This document shows, one piece after another, positions 22,886 to 30,408 of a stretch of DNA of 41,346 bases (position 1 is its first letter; each line of letters begins with the position of its first letter). Location of the stretch: IMG/VR virus record IMGVR_UViG_3300005069_000001. One strand, given 5' to 3'. This DNA is from a virus. The notes below the pieces were generated by a model, which was given only the letters and a program-made list of their open reading frames with translations, ran no database searches and had not been told where the DNA came from. A program made the translations under genes and the position numbers.

Positions 22886-23554
22886 CTACCTCCAACCAAT
22901 ATAAAAATGTGGTGTTGAAAATGGTTTATAAACGCATTTATCTTTTTTAGGGTTTAGCATTCCCTTTCGATTAAAAGACTTATCATCATCAAGGACGTTA
23001 TTATACCATGATACAAAAGGACATTCAGGCAATGGGTTTTTTACATCACCAGTTAATATTTTCTTAGCAAGTTCCACGTCTTCTTTGCGTGGTGGTGCAT
23101 TGCGTTTAGCCCAATTTCCATACCATGACATCTGATATGTGGTTAAACCATTAGCGTTTTTCTTATTTTGTGCAATGACTTGACATATTGATTTTGCCAT
23201 ACCGATTTTAACTCGGTTTATTGTGCCAAAACCAACCGCTATTTTATCTTTTATGTTTTTTGCAACTGGTTCTTGCGTCAAATTGCGTGCCAAGCAATTA
23301 ATCTCTTGCTTATTGACGGCAACCGATAATCCTAAAGGTGGAATTATCTTAATTGGCATCTTTTGACGCTCTTTTATGCTTGTGCAATTATCTTGCGATA
23401 AATTACATAACACAAATTTATCTTGCCCTAGCAATTCAGTTTCTTTGCGTTCTTTTATTGCGTTGGCAGTAGAAACCGCTACACAAACAAGTCCCAAGGC
23501 AAAAGGAACAGCTATATATGATTTATGCAACATATTGATACGCTCCTTGTTCAA
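22886..23554 (-). CDS. Exported cell-wall hydrolase, SleB/Hydrolase_2-like (222 aa)
   Basis: Signal peptide ...GLVCVAVSTANA|IKE. CLARNLTQEPVAKNIKDKIAVGFGTINRVKIGMAKSICQVIAQ ... YQMSW resembles the SleB catalytic-domain pattern LLAR..gEa....AVa.VvlNRV....i..VI.Q..QFS. Confidence 0.55.
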   Translation of the reverse strand: MNKERINMLHKSYIAVPFALGLVCVAVSTANAIKERKETELLGQDKFVLCNLSQDNCTSIKERQKMPIKIIPPLGLSVAVNKQEINCLARNLTQEPVAKNIKDKIAVGFGTINRVKIGMAKSICQVIAQNKKNANGLTTYQMSWYGNWAKRNAPPRKEDVELAKKILTGDVKNPLPECPFVSWYNNVLDDDKSFNRKGMLNPKKDKCVYKPFSTPHFYIGWR

Positions 23555-23840
23555 TGATTACTGCAACAACCATAGATGCCGCCATAAACCATTTTATTAA
23601 GGTGTATGGCTTAAGAGTAAGATTCTCAACCCAATCTCTATGTTTTAATATAAATGTTTTTAATGGTTTTTCATTTACTGGTGTTTTGCGCTTTATAAAA
23701 TCTAACGCTTGGGGGCATTTAATTTTAACACCCTCATTTATTGCGTTTTCTAGTTCGGTTTCAAGTTTTGAAACGTCACCGTTGCGACTTTTGCCGACTA
23801 TTATTTTATGATGTAATACGTCAAATTTGTTGATATTCAT
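23523..23840 (-). CDS. Hypothetical protein with a C-terminal TM (105 aa)
   Basis: The ATG at 23840 (MNINKFDVLHHK...) is preferred to the longer overlapping version. C-terminal IKWFMAASMVVAVII. Confidence 0.5.
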   Translation of the reverse strand: MNINKFDVLHHKIIVGKSRNGDVSKLETELENAINEGVKIKCPQALDFIKRKTPVNEKPLKTFILKHRDWVENLTLKPYTLIKWFMAASMVVAVIIEQGAYQYVA

Positions 23841-23844
23841 AATT

Positions 23845-24075
23845 TTATCCTTTGTAATTGTAATAATTGGCTTCTTGTTTTGCATCATTTTTTGTCTTGT
23901 GAAGCGATAGGATAAAATCACAATTACCGTGGTTATCCGCACAAACAGCAAATGCATTGCCGTATTTTTTTACTCTCGCTACATCTTTTGTTGGATTTAT
24001 AAAATCAAAAAGTATCGCGCCTGCAGCCATTGATGATGCGATGCAAGTAAGCGTAAACATTGTTTTTATTTTCAT
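23845..24075 (-). CDS. Small secreted Cys-containing protein (76 aa)
   Basis: Signal peptide MKIKTMFTLTCIASSMAAGA. Confidence 0.55.
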   Translation of the reverse strand: MKIKTMFTLTCIASSMAAGAILFDFINPTKDVARVKKYGNAFAVCADNHGNCDFILSLHKTKNDAKQEANYYNYKG

Positions 24076-24227
24076 AATTTAATCCTTGCGTTATCGTCAA
24101 AAATATTATGCAATTTTTGTGTTGCATAAGCGATTGCGTGATAATGGCTAGCTTGCGTTTTCACGATGTCACCTTGTTCATTTTCATGCGTCCAAGGGAA
24201 GTTTTCTATGGTGTCAAATATGGACAT
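24072..24227 (-). CDS. Small hypothetical protein (51 aa), not in the ORF track
   Basis: Hand translation MSIFDTIENFPWTHENEQGDIVKTQASHYHAIAYATQKLHNIFDDNARIKL*. ATGA overlap with the next gene. Confidence 0.4.
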   Translation of the reverse strand: MSIFDTIENFPWTHENEQGDIVKTQASHYHAIAYATQKLHNIFDDNARIKL

Positions 24228-24230
24228 TAT

Positions 24231-24443
24231 TTATCCTCCATTTCTAATGCAATGAAGTAAATTAGCTTTGTGAAATGCTTTGCAAAAATCACTAAATAAA
24301 ACATCAATAGATTCCTCCATTTCCTCATCAGTTACAGTTTTTTTTAAAATTTGATATGTATAAAACCCCATATTTGGATTATATTTTTCAATGTATGTAT
24401 TGATTTTTTTAAGCAATAAATTTCTTTTTTTTCTTATTGTCAT
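24231..24443 (-). CDS. Hypothetical protein (70 aa)
   Basis: ATG ORF tightly packed in the operon. Confidence 0.5.
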   Translation of the reverse strand: MTIRKKRNLLLKKINTYIEKYNPNMGFYTYQILKKTVTDEEMEESIDVLFSDFCKAFHKANLLHCIRNGG

Positions 24444-24445
24444 TA

Positions 24446-24631
24446 TTAATACCCCTCTGCTAATAAATTAAGTGCTACATCACGGTCAACGATTGTGACT
24501 GTGGTCTGCTGTGAGTCATATTCTGCACGTGCAATAATATCTGCAACGATGTCACGCTGTAATGTCCGTAACCCTTGAGGGTCACTGGTGCAAGCTGTCA
24601 GCATAAATGCTGTGAGTATGGTGTATTTCAT
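24446..24631 (-). CDS. Small lipoprotein (61 aa)
   Basis: MKYTILTAFMLTA|CTSDP: signal peptide plus lipobox. Confidence 0.6.
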   Translation of the reverse strand: MKYTILTAFMLTACTSDPQGLRTLQRDIVADIIARAEYDSQQTTVTIVDRDVALNLLAEGY

Positions 24632-24685
24632 GTATTCTCCTTTGATTGATTGTAAGGTGGTGACAAAATGTCACCGATTGATTAA

Positions 24686-24862
24686 TTAAGCGTATGTCGC
24701 AATTAATGAATTAATAACAATAACAACAAGTTCCATTGCAATTAATGAAATTGTTATTTTTGTTTTTGAGACTGGTTTTCCGTCTATTGATATTTCTGCA
24801 CAATAGTTGCCAATAATGAAAAGTACCATTATGAATAGTGAATCAAGTGATATTGAAAGCAT
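24686..24862 (-). CDS. Small two-TM membrane protein (58 aa), not in the ORF track
   Basis: AGGAG 8 nt upstream. MLSISLDSLFIMVLFIIGNYCAEISIDGKPVSKTKITISLIAMELVVIVINSLIATYA*. Confidence 0.5.
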   Translation of the reverse strand: MLSISLDSLFIMVLFIIGNYCAEISIDGKPVSKTKITISLIAMELVVIVINSLIATYA

Positions 24863-24935
24863 ATTTAACTCCTTAACTCTCGGCTTAATTGCCTCGATAA
24901 AATAAGAATACCAAAATAAGGTTAAGGAATAGTTA

Positions 24936-24971
24936 AAGAAAAAACCGCTTGCAAAATAAATTACAAGCGGT
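24936..24971 (-). terminator. Intrinsic terminator (minus orientation)
   Basis: accgcttg-12 nt-caagcggt. On the minus strand it is followed by tttttcttt. Confidence 0.6.
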
Positions 24972-24999
24972 ATGATTATTTATAGGCGTTATACGATTT

Positions 25000-25032
25000 A
25001 ACCCTCTTGCACGGTTGTGCCGTCGGAGGGTT
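25000..25032. repeat. Hairpin element copy 1 (loop TTGTG, tail GGGTTATTT)
   Basis: aaccctc/gagggtt outer stem, acgg/ccgt inner stem, loop ttgtg. Confidence 0.6.
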
Positions 25033-25076
25033 ATTTAGTGCCGGATTAATAAAGTGTATTTTCTTTCAAAACATAG

Positions 25077-25103
25077 CCCCCTACATGGTTGTGCCATTGG
25101 GGG
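25077..25103. repeat. Hairpin element copy 2 (loop TTGTG, tail GGGTTATTT)
   Basis: ccccc/ggggg outer stem, atgg/ccat inner stem, loop ttgtg. Lies 10 nt beyond the stop of the 126-aa gene. Confidence 0.6.
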
Positions 25104-25112
25104 TTATTTTAT

Positions 25113-25493
25113 TTACGCTGTTGCTCTTCCTACATAACCTTGTAGGGTCAAATCACTTAAAACCATATTGCGTATAGCATCGCATTTAAAAATACTTGAT
25201 TGCTTGCATATAAAATTATTAACATAGTAATACCCTAAGGGCATTGAAACGTGGATAACACCCCAACCCAACGCCTGCCACAATGGAACTTTCATGTAAT
25301 CAGCATTTTCTATCCAATTAATTCCGCAAAAAAACATTGATACTACCGCCACAGAATAAGATATAAATGCTTTTCTTAAATCAGGGTGAATTACAGAATA
25401 ATTAAACCATAAGTTAACAACACAATAAAAAGCAGACGTAAAGTAACACGATACCATGCCAACACTAAGAACGCCTAAAATCATTTCTTTCAT
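25113..25493 (-). CDS. Multi-TM membrane protein (126 aa), holin/antiholin-class candidate
   Basis: 3-4 hydrophobic segments. 1-nt overlap with the upstream gene. Part of the lysis cassette. Confidence 0.55.
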   Translation of the reverse strand: MKEMILGVLSVGMVSCYFTSAFYCVVNLWFNYSVIHPDLRKAFISYSVAVVSMFFCGINWIENADYMKVPLWQALGWGVIHVSMPLGYYYVNNFICKQSSIFKCDAIRNMVLSDLTLQGYVGRATA

Positions 25494-25720
25494 TATAAGC
25501 CTACTACTTTCGCCACACCAAAAGAGTTAATAAAAGTTTCAATGATTTTTATAACTAAATCAGGTCTTGAACACCACATAATGACAAAAAAGAAAAATAA
25601 AAAAACGATTTTAGCCAAAGACGGTAAATTCTTATTGCCAATCAGATTGGTTTTTTCTAATTCAGACCGCAATAATTCGATACGTTTTTCAAGTTCATTT
25701 ATTTCATGATTATCACTCAT
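25493..25720 (-). CDS. Small protein with an N-terminal coiled coil and a C-terminal TM (75 aa), lysis accessory
   Basis: ELEKRIELLRSELEKTN, then LAKIVFLFFFFVIMWC. 8-nt overlap with the amidase gene. Confidence 0.5.
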   Translation of the reverse strand: MSDNHEINELEKRIELLRSELEKTNLIGNKNLPSLAKIVFLFFFFVIMWCSRPDLVIKIIETFINSFGVAKVVGL

Positions 25721-26147
25721 AAACCATAAAACCTGTGTTTAATCCTAGAATTGATTTATAATCGAATACAGGGCATGCTTTGTTAGATACTTCGCAATGC
25801 CCATGAAATGTGATTTTGCCCTTGTAAGCATCGTTTATTTGCTTGCATAAAGATTTTAATGATTGAAATTGTGCCTGTGTAAATTTATCCTTTTCAAGAC
25901 CATGTAAACATATTGCAATTGTTGCTGTGTTATGCCCCTCTTGTGCAGCAGGCTTAACCTCGATATTGCGTCCAGCGTGGATTATGCCGTCTTTGGATAT
26001 AAAATAATGATAACCAATCGTTGAAAAACCACGCTGTAAATGCCATTCAGTCATTGTCTTAACATTGTCATGCTTTGGGTTATCACTAGCACTACAATGC
26101 AAAAAAACACGGTTTACAAATCTGTTTGGTTTTTTAAATGCCATCAT
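25713..26147 (-). CDS. N-acetylmuramoyl-L-alanine amidase endolysin, T7-lysozyme-like (Amidase_2/PGRP), 144 aa
   Basis: VFLHCSASDNP...WHLQRGFSTIGYHYFISKDGIIHAGR...GHNTATIAICLHG...FHGHCEVSNKACPVFD parallels T7 gp3.5 (IFVHCSAT..WH..GYHFII..DG..GR..CLVG..HHEV..KACPSFD). Confidence 0.9.
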   Translation of the reverse strand: MMAFKKPNRFVNRVFLHCSASDNPKHDNVKTMTEWHLQRGFSTIGYHYFISKDGIIHAGRNIEVKPAAQEGHNTATIAICLHGLEKDKFTQAQFQSLKSLCKQINDAYKGKITFHGHCEVSNKACPVFDYKSILGLNTGFMVYE

Positions 26148-26314
26148 TTATCCTTTGCCTTAAAGTTTACCATAGCAAAAAATTCTATCACTGAATATAG
26201 CTTTTTAATAAAACTATCGTCTTTGGGGGTATCAGTGTAATTGGTAATCGCACTTGCTATTGTTACGATTGCGGTAAATATGCTTATGTAGTCGTTATGT
26301 ATTAATGCGTCCAT
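26144..26314 (-). CDS. Small single-TM protein (56 aa), holin candidate, not in the ORF track
   Basis: Hand translation MDALIHNDYISIFTAIVTIASAITNYTDTPKDDSFIKKLYSVIEFFAMVNFKAKDK*. TGATG and ATGA overlaps on either side. Confidence 0.5.
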   Translation of the reverse strand: MDALIHNDYISIFTAIVTIASAITNYTDTPKDDSFIKKLYSVIEFFAMVNFKAKDK

Positions 26315-26553
26315 CATTCCCCCGTTGGATAGTTATCTTCATCGTATTCCTCTAGCGTGTAGCCTGTATAATCAGCAGGGGGATACGTAAGATATGTCCA
26401 ATCACCATTGGTTTTTTGCTTTGGAATGTCCCACGCTGTCGTTGTTCTTTCATAATCTACATCACTAGATAGTGATATAAATTGAGCATAATCTCTTTCT
26501 TGTAAAGCGTCAGCCTCTGCTTTTGTGTTAAAAACAACTACAGGTTTGTCCAT
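26314..26553 (-). CDS. Acidic hypothetical protein (79 aa) downstream of the fiber gene; possible fiber assembly factor
   Basis: ATG at 26553 with GGAG 7 nt upstream. Overlaps the fiber stop. Confidence 0.5.
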   Translation of the reverse strand: MDKPVVVFNTKAEADALQERDYAQFISLSSDVDYERTTTAWDIPKQKTNGDWTYLTYPPADYTGYTLEEYDEDNYPTGE

Positions 26554-29500
26554 GATGCACTCCATTTTGTATTTAGATAATTGCCTATTAAATTAATGTC
26601 AGAATTACTTAAAGCACCAAAATAAATTAATAATTCATACACCTTAGCTTGAATAGTTCTATCATCAGCACCAGCTAATATTCTACCACCTAAAGCAAAT
26701 CTATCCATAGTTGCAGATGTTAAACGTGTGTATGATTGTGGTGTTGTTCCTGCTACACCATTTTCATAATACGTGATTATAGACCCTGTATCTTTATACG
26801 TCTGTATATGTTTAGTTGTTGGCACCGTATTAGTTCCATTTAAAGGAACATCATTTAAAAGTGTTACGGCATTTACTCTAATTTGAGTGGTTGTATTCCC
26901 CGAACCTGTAAGTCTTTGGAATGTATAAAAATCAAGCGTACCAGTTTCTGCAAACAATGTATCGGCATTAACAATAACCCTATCGCTAGTAACGGCAAAA
27001 CAAGTGGCACTTCCATTGTTAAACATACCAAAAGAAGCACGGTCTAGCCAATCACCACCATCAAAGTTTATTGATTTTGCTGTGCCGTCGTAAGTTGGTT
27101 GTCTTGACCCTGTCGCTTGCACAAGATGATTGTTTTGTCCTGATTTATCGTTAATTTGAGATATTAAGCCACCCGAACTTGTAATTGTGCTTGCATCGTT
27201 TGCATCAATCCAAAGTCTTAATCCTGTTATTGATGTTGGACTAAAAGAAGCGGACGCTGTGCTTATTGTTTGTGTATTACTATAATCGCCACTACCTGCA
27301 CCAGTAACTGCTTTGACCCTTGTGTCGTACGATGTTGACGATGTTAATCCTGTAATCGTTGCAGATTTTGCCGTCGATGTGCTATCAGAAAATACAAGCC
27401 ATGTTCCGCTACTTGACGCTTTATATTCCACGATATAATCTGTAACGCCTGTATCACTTGACATTGTCCAAGTCAAAGAAATCGTGGTGTCTGTTACTGT
27501 AGGTGTGCCTAAAACTGGCGTAACAGGTAAAGTAGCAACTGTGATGCCATAGTATTGACCTTGATCAGCTTCAATGATTCTACGGTTTGCATCAGATAAT
27601 ACTGGCGATGTAACTACATATTCCGCTACCCAACCATTTACTAGTACATTGTTACTTAATGCGCTTGCTCCTCTTGAACCTAAAACAGTAAGAGCTTTTG
27701 AAGCGTTCACTGTAGGAGATAAAGAAGCTGGTGATTGTGCGCCATTAGCCCAGTTATGGGCAGGAGAGCCTGATATAGGATTCCCACTTAACACGTATGG
27801 TGTGTTTGCTAAAATAGTTGTTCCGCTCCCTGCAACTATACCAGTTGCACCTAGGTATAAAATGTTTATTGCTAACCCAAAATCAATGTTTGCTACACCA
27901 GCAAACATTTTATAGCCAGTATTACTTGCATAAGCACTGACTACATTTAATGTTGCTTGTGTTATAGCAGTAGGTAAGCCATCTGCATTAAATAACCATT
28001 GTGTGGCATTACCCTTTATAGCAGGACGTGATGTCATAGGTAAAGTATCAATAACCCCTGCATTAACTATTCTGGGTTGATTTAACGCTGTGGTTTGCGT
28101 TAAATTTAAACCATTACCACTTTGATTATACATTGTGGTAACAAACGCACTATTGGCACCCACAAAACTTGTAATTGTTGCGGTATCCAAGTCCTTGCCT
28201 ACAAACCCTATATTAGTTTCTGCATTGTCATTCGAGCGACGAATACGAATACAATTACCAGTGTAATATGGGTTTAACTTGCGGAGTGAGTAAACAGAGT
28301 TTGCTGTTGAATAAAACGTGTCAGCTGCTGTTAATGTTGTTCTTTGAGTTACTGTATTGCTATAATCACTACTTATATTGCTTGCATTTACCGCTTTAAC
28401 TCTTACGTTATATGATGTCCCTGAAAGCAATCCTGTAATAGTTGCGGTTGTAGCAACCGATGTACCGTCAGAAAACACAAACCATGTACTACTTGATTCC
28501 TCTTTATACTCAATAACATAATCTGTAACGCCTGCATTATTTGATATTGTCCAAGTTAAAGCAAGTGAGGTTTCTGTTGTTGCAGATATTGAAAGACTTA
28601 AAGTAACGGAAATAAAATATTTTTCTTTTGTGTAATTAATTAAATTTGTAATTGATGTGGTGGGGTCTGTGTTAGATACACCTAAAAATGTTTCATACTC
28701 ATCAAGAAAACTAGAAACGTGTGTCTCTGCGGCATTACCTGATTTTATGTTATTTGCTGCATTAGTTATCAACGAATAATTTGTATTTGCAATAGCACGA
28801 TTATTGTAAACATTATTGACAGCGTTAAAACCAATAGTTTCTAATATTGTTCCTGCGGTTTTTGCATAGTCACGTATAAGGACAAATATACCAAATTTAT
28901 TGTTATCATTTAAGGTATCACTAGTAGTTAATACTGTACCGTCGTCAAACCCTCTAAAAAACGCTTTTTCGATGTAAAATAAAATATTACCACTTGCACC
29001 TGTTTTATTATATGTAATCTTTGGGGTACGAGCGATTGCGTGTGCTTGAGTACGATATAAATAGACGTTATTAGTGCTTTCGTTGCTTATCCAATATGTA
29101 CCGCTTGTTAATCGCAATCCTGTATCATTACACGTTGGTGGTACTGATTCGGGAGGTACAAATATTTTAATAGGCATTGACGTAAAGTTTCGTCCTATTT
29201 TTGATTGTTGTGCCGTTTCAAATAATAAACCACTCGAACCGTCCCCAAAGAAAATGCTACCTGCGCAATCAATAATTTGATGATACACGTAATTTGATGG
29301 CGAGAAATCATGTCCGTTAGTGTCTAAAGAACAGACATCATAAATAATTTGCCTTGTGCATGATTCTGTTTGAGCCCCCGCATTATCAACAACATAAAAC
29401 TCACCACTACCCGCACTTGAATAAACATATTTATTGGTATTATTTGTCGCATCGGTTGCTGTTGGGTGTAAAGTAAATGTATCAGCACTAACAGACCGTA

Positions 29501-30407
29501 AATATATATTACTTGCAAATGACACTGTTGGAGTTGGGAAAGTTCCAGTATCACCTATCACACCATAAGCAACCTTAGTTCCTGTAGGTACGCTATGATT
29601 AATCGCGGTAATAACACCTGTGCCAGTATTAACAGCACTTGGCAAAAAGAATTGTCTACGCAAAGAAACTGAATTATTAAACTTCATATTTGCCACAATG
29701 ACAGAATACATGAATCTTTTGCCAGACCATAAACTTCCTAAAGTAGCACCTGAAACATTATCATAAATTACTTTACCATAGAAATCATAATTTGCTTGTG
29801 GTTTACCTAACGCACCTGGTTTTTCAATATATTTTCGTCCTGAACCATCAGTCAACAATCTAAATGTTTCGTTTAATTTACTTCCGACACCAAAATCAAT
29901 AGCGTTTGCGGTCTTATCGGCAATTTTAGTAATTATCGGTTCTGATACTATTTTGTGAACACCAGTACCTTGTGTAGTAAATATTATTTTATTTTTTTTA
30001 AACGCATACGCTTGATGCGGAGGGATAACCTCTCCACTTACATAAGACGGTAACATAGCAAAATCTGCGTCACTTAAAACAGGATATAATACAGCTGTAC
30101 CATTGTTTAAGTCTTCTATTAAATATTCTTTATTTGCATCTAACGGAGCAGGCAATGTGCCAGTTGTGGTAAATTTAACTCTTGTCGAATTGTAATTACT
30201 GCCTCTAACAAATTGTGTAGCAGGGAGTGCAACCGTAATGACACTTGTTGTTGTATTAACATCAGACGGATTAAAAGAAATATCTAATGTTGTTGTTGTA
30301 TTAGCAGGGTTGTCACCACTTAACCACATTATAATACTTGGGTCTGATAATGGGTCAAAAGGAATACCCCCACCGCTATTAATACCGTAATAATAAAAAA
30401 AACTCAT
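26538..30407 (-). CDS. Tail fiber / receptor-binding protein (1289 aa) with two FN3 domains, each followed by a lectin-type (concanavalin/LamG-like) domain
   Basis: FN3 copies LTWTISNNAGVTDYVIEYKEESSSTWFVFSDG...YNVRVKAVN and LTWTMSSDTGVTDYIVEYKASSSGTWLVFSDS...YDTRVKAVT. VYSLRKLNPYYTGNCIRIRRSNDNAETNIGF motif. C-terminal LRLWIDANDASTI...QINDKSGQNNHLVQ...RQPTY (LamG-like). Confidence 0.8.
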   Translation of the reverse strand: MSFFYYYGINSGGGIPFDPLSDPSIIMWLSGDNPANTTTTLDISFNPSDVNTTTSVITVALPATQFVRGSNYNSTRVKFTTTGTLPAPLDANKEYLIEDLNNGTAVLYPVLSDADFAMLPSYVSGEVIPPHQAYAFKKNKIIFTTQGTGVHKIVSEPIITKIADKTANAIDFGVGSKLNETFRLLTDGSGRKYIEKPGALGKPQANYDFYGKVIYDNVSGATLGSLWSGKRFMYSVIVANMKFNNSVSLRRQFFLPSAVNTGTGVITAINHSVPTGTKVAYGVIGDTGTFPTPTVSFASNIYLRSVSADTFTLHPTATDATNNTNKYVYSSAGSGEFYVVDNAGAQTESCTRQIIYDVCSLDTNGHDFSPSNYVYHQIIDCAGSIFFGDGSSGLLFETAQQSKIGRNFTSMPIKIFVPPESVPPTCNDTGLRLTSGTYWISNESTNNVYLYRTQAHAIARTPKITYNKTGASGNILFYIEKAFFRGFDDGTVLTTSDTLNDNNKFGIFVLIRDYAKTAGTILETIGFNAVNNVYNNRAIANTNYSLITNAANNIKSGNAAETHVSSFLDEYETFLGVSNTDPTTSITNLINYTKEKYFISVTLSLSISATTETSLALTWTISNNAGVTDYVIEYKEESSSTWFVFSDGTSVATTATITGLLSGTSYNVRVKAVNASNISSDYSNTVTQRTTLTAADTFYSTANSVYSLRKLNPYYTGNCIRIRRSNDNAETNIGFVGKDLDTATITSFVGANSAFVTTMYNQSGNGLNLTQTTALNQPRIVNAGVIDTLPMTSRPAIKGNATQWLFNADGLPTAITQATLNVVSAYASNTGYKMFAGVANIDFGLAINILYLGATGIVAGSGTTILANTPYVLSGNPISGSPAHNWANGAQSPASLSPTVNASKALTVLGSRGASALSNNVLVNGWVAEYVVTSPVLSDANRRIIEADQGQYYGITVATLPVTPVLGTPTVTDTTISLTWTMSSDTGVTDYIVEYKASSSGTWLVFSDSTSTAKSATITGLTSSTSYDTRVKAVTGAGSGDYSNTQTISTASASFSPTSITGLRLWIDANDASTITSSGGLISQINDKSGQNNHLVQATGSRQPTYDGTAKSINFDGGDWLDRASFGMFNNGSATCFAVTSDRVIVNADTLFAETGTLDFYTFQRLTGSGNTTTQIRVNAVTLLNDVPLNGTNTVPTTKHIQTYKDTGSIITYYENGVAGTTPQSYTRLTSATMDRFALGGRILAGADDRTIQAKVYELLIYFGALSNSDINLIGNYLNTKWSASWTNL

Positions 30408-30408
30408 T

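Noticed and set aside
27574-27915. Antisense or alternative-frame ORFs inside long genes (for example 27574-27915, 38217-38594, 31424-31759, 15067-15462, 15353-15670, 12693-12926, 13049-13303, 2439-2735, 1537-1857, 281-490)
   Set aside because: All lie wholly within well-supported genes, lack SD sequences and have odd composition. They are typical shadow ORFs of an AT-rich genome.
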